A DNA stretch of 28,588 nt from Candidatus Cloacimonadota bacterium (GTDB taxonomy: Bacteria; Cloacimonadota; Cloacimonadia; JGIOTU-2): assembly GCA_049903315.1 (NCBI GenBank), contig JBNGBT010000017.1, positions 1 through 28,588 of the forward strand, given 5' to 3'. Position numbers and translations under genes: made by a program. Of the stretch, positions 9,601 through 18,706 are shown one piece after another; the first letter of the stretch is position 1; the number at the start of each line of letters is the position of its first letter. The notes below the pieces were generated by a model. That model ran no database searches. It saw nothing but the letters and a program-made list of their open reading frames with translations, and was not told the origin of the DNA.

Positions 9601-10419
9601 TTATCTGTTCAAACTGCCGGAAAAATAGCTGACATCATTTGTTATCACGAGGATTCCATCTTTATTTTTCTGGCTACTCATTATGGCTTTTACCTGCCTG
9701 AGAATTTCGTTTGCGAGTTTTTTGGGAACAACTGCCAGGATGATCTTATTGAACCCTTTATCACTTTCATTCCAAAAGCTTGCAAAAAGCGGGAGAGCAT
9801 GAAGATAATAACCCGGGTTGTTCGCATCGATTAAAGAAACATGAGCTTCTGCGATCTCAGAAAATATCTGAAGCAGATCCTCGAATGTGTCCTCGATCTG
9901 AACGAATACATGGAAAAGCGTTTTTTCAATACCTGATTTTTGTTCTGGGCTTTCTTTAAGTGTTACATGTTGAGTGAATATCTCATACACTTTATCAGGA
10001 TCGGTTTGTTTTACAATATCCTCAACTGCATCCTCGGATTGCAATATCTGTGATATACGCGCCAGATAGCTGATATGGTCATTCCGTTTTTCTTTTGGGG
10101 CAAAAATATAGATGAACAGCTTCACTTTTTTCTTGTCGATTGCTTTGAAGCTCACACCCGAGGGTACGACAAGTATCCCGATCACAAAATCGTCGAGATC
10201 GTCCAATGTGCAGTGAGGAAGCGCGATACCCTTCCCTATTCCTGTTGAAAGCAGCTCTTCCCGTTCAGAGAGTTTTTTATAAAGCTCTTCGGGTTTATAC
10301 TTTTTGAGTCCTCTGCATTGTGCTGCCATGTCTGCAATTTTATGAAGGATGGCATCTTTGTCTTTCAAAGAATCATCTATAGCGACTGAATCTTTGCATA
10401 GAATTTTTTGTAGGTCCAT
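9601..10419 (-). CDS. PTS EIIA (Fru/Ntr-type) domain fused to a C-terminal PII-like domain
   Basis: ERE..LSTGIGKGIALPH (phosphorylatable His), F.AID...V.LF, H...LARIS; ~100-aa tail with a beta-alpha-beta ferredoxin-like pattern (...LPLFASF...FNKIILAVV...GILVITNDV...GSL). Start taken at ATG 10419 with GAGGTG RBS. The EIIA call is firm; the PII-like call is pattern-based. Confidence 0.8.
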   Translation of the reverse strand: MDLQKILCKDSVAIDDSLKDKDAILHKIADMAAQCRGLKKYKPEELYKKLSEREELLSTGIGKGIALPHCTLDDLDDFVIGILVVPSGVSFKAIDKKKVKLFIYIFAPKEKRNDHISYLARISQILQSEDAVEDIVKQTDPDKVYEIFTQHVTLKESPEQKSGIEKTLFHVFVQIEDTFEDLLQIFSEIAEAHVSLIDANNPGYYLHALPLFASFWNESDKGFNKIILAVVPKKLANEILRQVKAIMSSQKNKDGILVITNDVSYFSGSLNR

Positions 10420-10439
10420 AGTCACCTCATATAATAAAA

Positions 10440-11012
10440 TTAGTATTGCTTAGGTATTTTATCCTGAATAAAAACACTAGAATATTCTTCTGCGAGAATA
10501 TCCATTATAATGATATCGAATTTCCTGCCCCCAATGACCTTTGCTTCCCGAAAGGTACCGGTTTTTTTAAAGCCTACCTGTTTATAAAGTTTCATCGCAG
10601 CAGGATTGTACTCAAAAACCTGCAGGTATATCTCATGAAGGTTCAGGATATTGAAGCCGAAATCCAGGATGAGACGGGTTGCCTCTTTCCCGAAACCCTT
10701 TCCCCAATTTGATTTTTCGCCGATGAAAATGCCGAACTCCGCTCTGCCGTCGATACTATTCACGTTATGCAGACCGCAGTTGCCAATAAGGGCATCATTT
10801 TCTTTGTTAATAATACCGAAAATATATTCATTTTTGTCGATCATCTGCTGAAGAATTTTTTCTTCTTTTGGTAGGCTAAGCTGCATTTTAAAAATCCCCA
10901 AGCCTATGCCCACTTCGATATCGCTTAACCATTCTGAATATTTATCAGCATCTTCGATATTGATAGGGGAAAGATAACATTTTTTTCCGATAAGTTTTTT
11001 ATAATATTTCAT
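10440..11012 (-). CDS. GNAT family N-acetyltransferase (RimJ/RimL-like)
   Basis: LIGNCGL...AEFGIFIGEKSNWGKGFGKEA...GFNILNLHEIYL.V..YNPAAMKLYKQVGF; start overlaps the glnS stop (TAATG). Confidence 0.9.
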   Translation of the reverse strand: MKYYKKLIGKKCYLSPINIEDADKYSEWLSDIEVGIGLGIFKMQLSLPKEEKILQQMIDKNEYIFGIINKENDALIGNCGLHNVNSIDGRAEFGIFIGEKSNWGKGFGKEATRLILDFGFNILNLHEIYLQVFEYNPAAMKLYKQVGFKKTGTFREAKVIGGRKFDIIIMDILAEEYSSVFIQDKIPKQY

Positions 11013-12739
11013 TATTCACTCTTTTGTATTGCTTTCTGTAGCTTTGCCCAATCATCTTTTAAAGTGACCGTTCTGTTAAAGACATGTTTGTCCTCAGAAG
11101 AATATTTCGTGTCCACACAGAAATATCCCTTGCGTTCAAATTGCACCCTCTCTCCCGGTTCTACATGGACAAGAGCAGGTTCGAGTTTGCAGTCTGCAAG
11201 AATTTCCAGAGAGTCCGGATTAATATTTGTAGTAAAATCCTTGCCTTCAGGTGCATCATTTGGATTCTCATTTATGAAAAGTTTTTCATACAGGCGTACT
11301 TCAGCATCGAGGGAGTGTTTTGCAGAAACCCAATGCAAGGTTGCCTTCACTTTTCTTCCATCCGGTGCAGAACCACCTTTGGTTGCTGGATCGTAAGTGC
11401 AATGCAGCTCGATCACATTTCCGTCATTATCTTTCACTACACTGTTGCATTTCAGGAAGTAGGCATAGCGGAGCCGTACTTCGCGTCCTGGTGCAAGTCG
11501 ATAAAACTTTTTGGGAGGATCTTCCATGAAATCTTCTTGCTCGATATATAGCTCTTTAGAAAAGGGCACTTTTCTCGTTCCAGCTGATTCATCCTCTGGA
11601 TTGTTTACTGCTTCCAGTTCCTCAACCTGGTTTTCGGGATAATTATCAATGATGACTTTGAGCGGTTTGAGTACAGCCATATAACGGCTCGCGGTTTTAT
11701 TGAGTTCTTCGCGGACGCAGTGCTCGAGTAGTGCATAATCAACGAGATTATCGCTCTTTGCCATGCCGATCCTATCCAGAAAATCCCAGATTGATTCCGC
11801 AGTATACCCTCTTCTGCGCAATCCGGAGATCGTCGGCATTCTCGGGTCGTCCCAGCCATCGACGTATCCTTCTTCCACAAGCATAATGAGCTTGCGTTTG
11901 CTCATCACCGTGTAAGAAAGATTGAGCCGGGCAAATTCGATCTGCTGAGGATGAAATATTTCAAGCTCTTCCAGAAACCAATTATAAAGCGGGCGGTGAT
12001 TTTCAAATTCAAGAGAGCAAAGTGAGTGTGTAATTCTCTCGATAGAGTCCGATTCACCATGTGTAAAATCATATGTGGGATAGATGCACCATTCATCTCC
12101 GGTTCGATGATGAGTTTTGTACATAATTCTGTACATGACCGGGTCACGCATATTCATATTGGGATGTGCCATGTCGATCTTCGCACGAAGGGTTTTTTCT
12201 CCTTCTACGAACTCGCCGTTCTTCATGCGCTCGAAAAGCTCGAGGTTTTCTTCTATGGAGCGGTCACGGAAAGGACTGTTCTTGCCGGGTTCGGTAAGCG
12301 TTCCGCGATATTCCCGTATTTCTTCTGCGCTCAGGTCATCCACGTACGCTTTTCCCTTTTCGATGAGCTTTACGGCATAATCATAAAGGATCGGGAAATA
12401 ATCCGAAGCGTGGAACAACCTGTCTTCCCAATTGGTGCCGAGCCATTTCATATCTGTGAGAATTGCATCAACGTACTTGGCTTCTTCTTTTATTGGATTC
12501 GTATCATCAAAACGAAGGTTGAATTTACCTCCATACTGCACTGCGATACCATAATTCAGGCAGATCGCTTTTGCATGTCCGATATGGAGAAATCCATTGG
12601 GCTCCGGCGGAAATCTTGTGTGCACTTCGCCGTTATGCTTTTTGTTTTTTATATCTTCTTCGATGATCTGCCGGATAAAATCCTTCGATCCCGACTCCTC
12701 ATTTTTTGTGAGTATCGCGAGTATCTTTTTATCGTCCAT
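11012..12739 (-). CDS. glnS: Glutaminyl-tRNA synthetase
   Basis: [87 protein letters not shown]. Confidence 0.97.
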   Translation of the reverse strand: MDDKKILAILTKNEESGSKDFIRQIIEEDIKNKKHNGEVHTRFPPEPNGFLHIGHAKAICLNYGIAVQYGGKFNLRFDDTNPIKEEAKYVDAILTDMKWLGTNWEDRLFHASDYFPILYDYAVKLIEKGKAYVDDLSAEEIREYRGTLTEPGKNSPFRDRSIEENLELFERMKNGEFVEGEKTLRAKIDMAHPNMNMRDPVMYRIMYKTHHRTGDEWCIYPTYDFTHGESDSIERITHSLCSLEFENHRPLYNWFLEELEIFHPQQIEFARLNLSYTVMSKRKLIMLVEEGYVDGWDDPRMPTISGLRRRGYTAESIWDFLDRIGMAKSDNLVDYALLEHCVREELNKTASRYMAVLKPLKVIIDNYPENQVEELEAVNNPEDESAGTRKVPFSKELYIEQEDFMEDPPKKFYRLAPGREVRLRYAYFLKCNSVVKDNDGNVIELHCTYDPATKGGSAPDGRKVKATLHWVSAKHSLDAEVRLYEKLFINENPNDAPEGKDFTTNINPDSLEILADCKLEPALVHVEPGERVQFERKGYFCVDTKYSSEDKHVFNRTVTLKDDWAKLQKAIQKSE

Positions 12740-12754
12740 TATTGCTCCTGCCGA

Positions 12755-14203
12755 TCAAGCGTTCAGTACGCTTTTCAGGCGTGCAATTGCTTCTTTTGTT
12801 CCAAGAATGTCAATTAATGCAGGAATATCAGGACCATGAACTTCTCCAAAAAGTGCAAGCCGAAGCGGGAAATAAAGGTCTTTTCCCTTCACTCCGACTG
12901 CCTGAGTTGTTTCTTTGACCAGCTCTTTTATCTCGTCCTCAGCCCAGTTTTCCTGAGTGCTCAACCGATCGATCCAAAAAGAAAAAAGTTTGTGTGCATC
13001 TTCTTTTGATATGATCTCTTTATCTTCGTCTGAAAATTCAAGCTCGTGATAGAACATCTCGGAATGTGTGATCATTTCCGGTAGTGTTGCCACACGTTTA
13101 CGCGCATTGTCAACTACCCGGAGGAATTTTTCGTGATCTGAAATATCGATTCCTTCTTTCAGAAAGAAAGGTTTTGCTTTTTCTGCAATATATTCGAGAT
13201 CGAGACTGCGCAAATACGAGCCATTCATCCAGTTGAGTTTTTCCACATCGAAAACTGCACCGGATTTACTAATTCGCTTGAGGGAAAATGCTTTGATGAG
13301 TTCTTCGAGTGTATAGAATTCTCTATCTTCCGATGCATGCCATCCGAGAAGTGCAATAAAATTAATAAGTGCTTCCGGCAGATATCCCTTTGCGAGATAA
13401 TCTTCTACTGCGACATCGCCCTGGCGTTTGCTGAGTTTGGTCTTGTCTGGATTGAGCAGCAAAGGCAGGTGCACAAATTTCGGCACTTTCCAGCCGAGTG
13501 CTTCATACATAAAGATGTGCTTTGGCACGCTGATGAGCCACTCTTCACCGCGTATCACATGGCTGATCTTCATGAGATGATCGTCCACCACATTTGCAAG
13601 GTGGTATGTAGGAAAGCCATCGGATTTAATAATCACTTGATCATCCACAAGTGCGTTGTCCACTTCCACGCGATCGCGGACTGCATCATAAAATACGGTT
13701 GATCCTTCTTTGGGAATTTTAAGACGAATCACATGGGGAACATTCTGTGCGAGTTTTTCCTGTACTTCTTCCGGGGCAAGATTTCTGCATGTGCCGTCAT
13801 ACATGACTACTTCATTTTTTTCTTTCGCCTCATTTCGCAATTTCTCCAACCGCTCTTCGGAGCAGAAACAATAGTATGCAGCACCCTTGTCGATCAGCTC
13901 CTGTGCATATTTTTTGTAAAGCTCGGTGCGTTCGGATTGAATGTAAGGTCCGTATTCTCCGCCGGTAACTGGACCTTCATCATAGTCCAGCCCGACTTCC
14001 CTGATGGTTTTCAGCAGGTCTTCCTGTGCGCCGGGAATGTGTCGTTTACGGTCTGTGTCTTCGATCCTTAGTATAAAGGATCCGTTATTTTTTTTGGCGA
14101 ATAAGTAATTGAACAGTGCGGTGCGGAGTCCGCCCACATGCAGATAGCCGGTCGGGCTTGGTGCGAAGCGTACGCGAATATCAGGATTCTTCGGTGTGGA
14201 CAT
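12755..14203 (-). CDS. gltX: Glutamyl-tRNA synthetase
   Basis: RVRFAPSPTGYLHVGGLRTALFN, LRIEDTD, PTYHLANVVDDH, HVIRGEEW, KLSKR, C-terminal anticodon-binding PLRLAL.G...GP. Confidence 0.97.
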   Translation of the reverse strand: MSTPKNPDIRVRFAPSPTGYLHVGGLRTALFNYLFAKKNNGSFILRIEDTDRKRHIPGAQEDLLKTIREVGLDYDEGPVTGGEYGPYIQSERTELYKKYAQELIDKGAAYYCFCSEERLEKLRNEAKEKNEVVMYDGTCRNLAPEEVQEKLAQNVPHVIRLKIPKEGSTVFYDAVRDRVEVDNALVDDQVIIKSDGFPTYHLANVVDDHLMKISHVIRGEEWLISVPKHIFMYEALGWKVPKFVHLPLLLNPDKTKLSKRQGDVAVEDYLAKGYLPEALINFIALLGWHASEDREFYTLEELIKAFSLKRISKSGAVFDVEKLNWMNGSYLRSLDLEYIAEKAKPFFLKEGIDISDHEKFLRVVDNARKRVATLPEMITHSEMFYHELEFSDEDKEIISKEDAHKLFSFWIDRLSTQENWAEDEIKELVKETTQAVGVKGKDLYFPLRLALFGEVHGPDIPALIDILGTKEAIARLKSVLNA

Positions 14204-14253
14204 AAAAATGTTCCTTCTGGATTTTTTTATACAAACAATTTTTGGTTATTATT

Positions 14254-14325
14254 TGTCAAGAATGGAAGAGTGTTAGCCTACCCCCAAAAAATAAATTTGA
14301 CAAAAATATTTAAATAATATAAATG
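14254..14325. promoter_or_regulatory. Divergent promoter region between gltX and the CTD paralogues
   Basis: TTGACA on minus (14254-14259) facing gltX and TTGACA on plus (14297-14302) followed by AT-rich TAATATAAAT; exact -10 boxes uncertain. Confidence 0.55.
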
Positions 14326-14347
14326 ACTTTCAACTTAGGCGGTGTTT

Positions 14348-15358
14348 ATGAAAAAAATTATTATTTTGTTTTTTTTGCTTCTCTCTTCTACCCTCATTTT
14401 GCATTCAAATCCTATTATACCTGCTGTTTTCAGTGAGCTTTACTTTGATGATAACGATAACTGGCATCTTGAATTATACGATTTTTATGGATTGTCGTCA
14501 GGGAACCTTGATAATTGCTATCTTACCAGCACATCTGACACTGCTTACTTTAATGACGGAATAAATTTCTGTTGCCTTGACACACTCGTGGTAACCAATG
14601 CAGATATGCAGACGGATTTTACAATTGATAAAGAGGGTGATTTCTTGCGAATTTTTGAATTTCCCTATGATGAGATGTGTTGGGGTAATTATTCCAATCA
14701 TATAAATGCTCCCTATTCCGGTCAGTCATTGGCACGAGTGGTTATTTATGGAGACGATGCTTATTTCCTCCTCGCAAAAGAGAACCAGCCTTCTCTTGGG
14801 TATAATCCTTTCGATGTCCAAACCTTTGGTCATATTGAGGGAATTGTTACTTACAACAGCGGCATACCTATATATGGTGCAGATGTTTCATTTTCTCCTG
14901 TTAATTACAATGTTATAACCGATGAGATGGGCTATTTCTGTATCTGCGATATGTATTGTATGAATTATAATCTCACTGTTACAGTTAATGACACAGTAAT
15001 AATTGATACGACTGTTACTATCGAACCTGACGGAACAACTTATATTGAACTTTCTCCCGGTTTTGGTATCGACTCACATCAGCACCAAGAAATCCTAACT
15101 GTCTCCAACCATCCCAATCCATTCTATGAACAAACTGAAATTCATTATTCATTACCTCACACCTCATCTGGTTCTATCACGATATTCAACAGCAAAGGTC
15201 AGAAAATAAAAGAAATTCCTGTTTCTCCAACTGAGAATTCGGTCTCGTGGTCGGGCTTGGATGTGAAAAATAAATACGTCCCGAGTGGTGTGTATTTCTA
15301 CAATCTGGAAAGTGAAGATAAAACCCTAGCTTCGGGAAAGATGCTGTACCTGAGGTAA
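14348..15358 (+). CDS. Secreted protein with carboxypeptidase-regulatory-like Ig domain and CTD (paralogue A)
   Basis: ATG 14348 after AGGCGG; signal peptide; G.I.G.V....G.PI.GA.V...TD..GYF domain; CTD NHPNPFY...IFNSKGQKIK...W.G.D......SGVYFY...KMLYLR. Confidence 0.8.
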   Translation: MKKIIILFFLLLSSTLILHSNPIIPAVFSELYFDDNDNWHLELYDFYGLSSGNLDNCYLTSTSDTAYFNDGINFCCLDTLVVTNADMQTDFTIDKEGDFLRIFEFPYDEMCWGNYSNHINAPYSGQSLARVVIYGDDAYFLLAKENQPSLGYNPFDVQTFGHIEGIVTYNSGIPIYGADVSFSPVNYNVITDEMGYFCICDMYCMNYNLTVTVNDTVIIDTTVTIEPDGTTYIELSPGFGIDSHQHQEILTVSNHPNPFYEQTEIHYSLPHTSSGSITIFNSKGQKIKEIPVSPTENSVSWSGLDVKNKYVPSGVYFYNLESEDKTLASGKMLYLR

Positions 15359-15857
15359 CCGGGAAAAGGCGGTATTTATGAAAAAGTTCATTATTCTAAT
15401 ATTTTTTCTGTCTTTTACTATCATACTCCATGCGAATCCAATTGAACCTATTGTTTTAAGCGAGATTTATTTCGATGACAATGGAGACTGGTCGATCGAG
15501 TTATATGATTATTTACAACTTGGTGTAAATTCTCTCGATTTCTGCATATTGATGAGTCAGTCCGACACAGCGCATTTCAATACAGGAATTTCTTTTACTT
15601 CAAATGATACGCTTGTAGTAACCAATGCAGATATGCAGACAGATTTTTTCATCGACAAAGATGGTGATGTTCTCACAATATATGGAAATATATGGGGCGG
15701 ATATATATTCGACACTATCTGCTGGGGTGACATGCCGAACTCCAATGTGAACTCACCATATCCCGGTCAGTCATTGGCACGAGTGGTTATTTATGGAGAC
15801 GATGCTTATTTCCTCCTCGCAAAAGAGAACCAGCCTTCTCTTGGGTATAATCCTTTC
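14718..15857 (+). repeat. 95-bp exact direct repeat shared by the two paralogues (14718-14812 and 15763-15857)
   Basis: CCGGTCAGTCATTGGCACGAG...GGGTATAATCCTTTC is identical in both copies; flanks are clearly diverged. Confidence 0.9.
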
Positions 15858-16405
15858 CATGTACAAACTTTTGGTGGAATACAGGGGAATGTGTCGGATG
15901 ATTCAGGTTATCCTATTCAAGGTGTACAAGTAGATATAATTTCACCAATATCCTTAACGGTATATGTAGATGAAGTTGGGTACTTCTTAATTGATGGTCT
16001 TTACGGCATGAATTATACATTATCTGCATATAAGGCAGGATATCCATCTGTTGAGGTGGGCGTAACTGTCGAACCGGATTCAATATCAAGTGTCTCATTC
16101 GTTCTTGTTCCTCAATCTGCTGATCCAAATCCTCAAGAAAACACGGTTTCGATCTCCAATAATCCCAATCCATTCTATGAAAAAACTGAAATTCATTATT
16201 CATTACCTCACACCTCATCTGGTTCTATCACGATCTTCAACAGCAAAGGTCAGAAAATAAAAGAAATTCCTGTTTCGCCAACTGAAAATTCGGTCTCGTG
16301 GTATGGCTTAGACGAGAAAAATAAATACGTCCCGAGTGGAGTGTATTTCTACAATCTGGAAAGTGAAGATAAAACCCTAGCTTCGGGAAAGATGCTGTAC
16401 CTGAG
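15111..16405 (+). repeat. 244-bp near-identical direct repeat covering the CTDs (15111-15354 and 16162-16405)
   Basis: Manual alignment gives about 10 substitutions and no indels. Confidence 0.9.
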
Positions 16406-16409
16406 ATAG
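15378..16409 (+). CDS. Secreted protein with carboxypeptidase-regulatory-like Ig domain and CTD (paralogue B)
   Basis: Colinear paralogue of 14348-15358; same AGGCGG RBS; GIQGNVSDDSGYPIQGVQV...YTLSAYKAGY; near-identical CTD. Confidence 0.8.
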   Translation: MKKFIILIFFLSFTIILHANPIEPIVLSEIYFDDNGDWSIELYDYLQLGVNSLDFCILMSQSDTAHFNTGISFTSNDTLVVTNADMQTDFFIDKDGDVLTIYGNIWGGYIFDTICWGDMPNSNVNSPYPGQSLARVVIYGDDAYFLLAKENQPSLGYNPFHVQTFGGIQGNVSDDSGYPIQGVQVDIISPISLTVYVDEVGYFLIDGLYGMNYTLSAYKAGYPSVEVGVTVEPDSISSVSFVLVPQSADPNPQENTVSISNNPNPFYEKTEIHYSLPHTSSGSITIFNSKGQKIKEIPVSPTENSVSWYGLDEKNKYVPSGVYFYNLESEDKTLASGKMLYLR

Positions 16410-16419
16410 AAATATTCGA

Positions 16420-17442
16420 GTGAAAATAGAAAAAATATTTATTACTCTTATAATACTCCTTTTTGCCTCTTCGGGATTATGGGCACAGATCGATTTTTTC
16501 AAAGAAAATTTGCAATTTGATCTGAAAGAGAATTCCTTTTCGGTCGAAGGTGACTACTATTTTAGGAATGTCGGCGATCATGATATAAAAGTAACATTAT
16601 TCTACCCTATCCCCCGGGACAGCATACTCGGCGCTTATGATTCTGTGAGCGTAACGGGTCCATCACAGCAAACAGATTCCCCGATTACTGTCATGAAAGA
16701 GAACGGCTTTTTCTTCAACGTTGCTATTGGTGCGAATAAAAGCGCAATATACACGATCGCATATCGGCAAGAACTCCTCGGAAACAAGGCAAAGTACATC
16801 TTTACCACAACAAATACATGGGGCAAGCCACTTGAATGTGCCAGCTTCCGGCTTACTTTCCCAAAAAATATTCGGATAGACTCCCTTTCGACCATCCCGG
16901 ACAGTTTGCTGGAGATAAATAACACGTACACGGTATTTTGGACAAGAAAGCGCTTTATGCCCAAAGAAGATCTCGTTATTCTTTTTCATGAAGAAGAAGA
17001 GAAAGATATTTCAGAGATTGATTTTAAGGACAAAAATACCTTTGTATATTTTCGATTCACACCACTCCTGATACCGGGTATTGCAGCAGGATATGTAAAA
17101 AGACAGCACAAGCTTGGTGGCGGTTTCACTGATTATATTATCGTGGCGAATTACCACTTTTACACCGGTTACCATGAATCCTATGGACTATCTTTGGTCA
17201 CTGAACGTTTTAAGTATTACCAGCCGAAAGGAATTTTCTATCGGTTGAATATAGGTTTTGAATATGGTTATTTTTTTAATCCGCTTGATGAAGGTCAGAA
17301 TTCCAAAAAAATATTGGTGCCTAATATCACTTGGGGTATGGGATATGGTTTTTCCAATGGTAATTCTTCATCATTCCGATTGTGTTTCGAAATAGGAATT
17401 ACATCAATCCTTGGACGAATGAATCTTGAGCTTGTGTTTTAG
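16420..17442 (+). CDS. Hypothetical secreted two-domain protein: DUF4424-like N-terminal domain plus C-terminal beta-barrel domain
   Basis: GTG start, signal peptide; N-terminal domain with Y.F.N...LFYP, YRQ...YIFTTTNTWGKPL; C-terminal ~135 aa aligns with the two downstream genes and ends in Phe. The DUF4424 similarity is from memory and unverified. Confidence 0.65.
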   Translation: MKIEKIFITLIILLFASSGLWAQIDFFKENLQFDLKENSFSVEGDYYFRNVGDHDIKVTLFYPIPRDSILGAYDSVSVTGPSQQTDSPITVMKENGFFFNVAIGANKSAIYTIAYRQELLGNKAKYIFTTTNTWGKPLECASFRLTFPKNIRIDSLSTIPDSLLEINNTYTVFWTRKRFMPKEDLVILFHEEEEKDISEIDFKDKNTFVYFRFTPLLIPGIAAGYVKRQHKLGGGFTDYIIVANYHFYTGYHESYGLSLVTERFKYYQPKGIFYRLNIGFEYGYFFNPLDEGQNSKKILVPNITWGMGYGFSNGNSSSFRLCFEIGITSILGRMNLELVF

Positions 17443-17497
17443 CACTTAGATTTAAAATCAGATTCTTGAAGACTCAGACTTCAAGACTTAAAATAAC

Positions 17498-18073
17498 ATG
17501 AATGTTTTTATGAAAAATATAATGCTTGTCTTGGTTTTAAGCATAATACTTGTTACTCAAACTAAGGTATATTCTCAAGAAGCAAATAATTCAAATACAA
17601 CAATTAATCAAAAGCGCGAAGAAGTTGTGATCGACCTATCGAATTCAGAAACTGATAGTGATACAAGGCATGGATTTATGTTTCTGCGGATCACTCCTCT
17701 TGTTGTTCCCGGTATCGCAGTTGGGCACACAAATAGATTAAGCATTTCTGGGGATAAGGTCATTGATATTACTGTTGCCGTAAATTATCATGATTGGGAT
17801 CTATTTGTTCCCGGAATTTTTAAATCCCTTGGAGTGTCTTTGATCACCGAACATTTTAGTAATCCCAAAGCCACAGGTTTTTTCTCACGCCTTAATCTTG
17901 GAGCTGAATATATCAATAAGCCCAGCTCTGAAGAAAAAGCAGGTTGGATTCCAAACGCAACTATTGGATTTGGGCACAGTATGCAATTCAACAAAACCTC
18001 ATATATTAGATTATCGCTTGAGATAGGGTATACGGCGATACTTGTCAGAATAAATATTGAGTTTGTTTTATAA
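17498..18073 (+). CDS. Hypothetical outer-membrane beta-barrel protein (paralogue 2)
   Basis: Signal peptide (start could be ATG 17510); amphipathic strands; shared motifs R.TPL..PGIAVG, ANYH/VNYH, GLSLITEHF-like, PN.T.G.G, R.N.E. Confidence 0.65.
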   Translation: MNVFMKNIMLVLVLSIILVTQTKVYSQEANNSNTTINQKREEVVIDLSNSETDSDTRHGFMFLRITPLVVPGIAVGHTNRLSISGDKVIDITVAVNYHDWDLFVPGIFKSLGVSLITEHFSNPKATGFFSRLNLGAEYINKPSSEEKAGWIPNATIGFGHSMQFNKTSYIRLSLEIGYTAILVRINIEFVL

Positions 18074-18107
18074 AATGAATATATCGACTAATGAAATTGG
18101 ATTGGTT

Positions 18108-18638
18108 ATGAAAAAAGTAATTTTTGTTTTAATTTTACTCTGCGTAATGACGTGTGCTCATGCCGACGAGAATACCCTTACCTCAAATATCACAACGCAA
18201 ATCAATAATAAAATTGAGCTTGTGTATAGGAAGAATTTTTTCTACCTGCGGGTCTCCCCACTTCTCATACCCGGCGTTGCTGTCGGTTATACACATAGAA
18301 TTAGATTAGAGGATGAGGGTGTTATCGATTTTACGATTGCTGCAAATTATCATTACTGGGTAAACACCCACCAATCATATGGACTGTCATTGATTACTGA
18401 ACATTTCGGCAATACACGTGCAAAAGGATTCTTTTTCCGAGCAAATTTTGGTGCCGAATATGCAGAAATGCAGGATACTTTTGATGATGATCCTGAACGG
18501 AAAAAAAGATGGTTCCCAAATATTACAATTGGCTTGGGATATAGCATACCAATTTTCGTTAATTCTTATATAAGATTTTCAGCGGAACTCGGCTATACTT
18601 GGCTCTTTGGCAGAATAAATTGTGAGTTTTTATTTTAA
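18108..18638 (+). CDS. Hypothetical outer-membrane beta-barrel protein (paralogue 3)
   Basis: Start moved to ATG 18108 (MKKVIFVLILLCVMTCAHA, signal peptide); same motifs as the two upstream genes; C-terminal Phe (GRINCEFLF). Confidence 0.65.
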   Translation: MKKVIFVLILLCVMTCAHADENTLTSNITTQINNKIELVYRKNFFYLRVSPLLIPGVAVGYTHRIRLEDEGVIDFTIAANYHYWVNTHQSYGLSLITEHFGNTRAKGFFFRANFGAEYAEMQDTFDDDPERKKRWFPNITIGLGYSIPIFVNSYIRFSAELGYTWLFGRINCEFLF

Positions 18639-18649
18639 ATTCTTCTAAA

Positions 18650-18702
18650 TTCAATTTTCCATTTTTCATTTATAATTTTGCATTCCCTCTTCCGCACTCC
18701 CT
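18650..18702. repeat. Intergenic degenerate 7-bp tandem array
   Basis: TTCAATT TTCCATT TTTCATT TATAATT TTGCATT, then CCCTCTT CCGCACT CCCT in the same register. Confidence 0.7.
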
Positions 18703-18706
18703 AAAC

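Noticed and set aside
7908..14071. Plus-strand ORFs (e.g. 7908-8537, 12026-12817, 13337-13702)
   Set aside because: All overlap conserved minus-strand housekeeping genes.
14204..14347. T-box or other leader RNA upstream of gltX
   Set aside because: The region is short and AT-rich, with no T-box consensus or terminator/antiterminator stems.
15111..16405. DGR template/variable-repeat pair between the two CTD copies
   Set aside because: Six of about ten mismatches have A in the second copy, but the rest do not (A/C, T/G, G/T, T/C). Most are synonymous, both copies are coding CTDs, and no reverse transcriptase is in the window.
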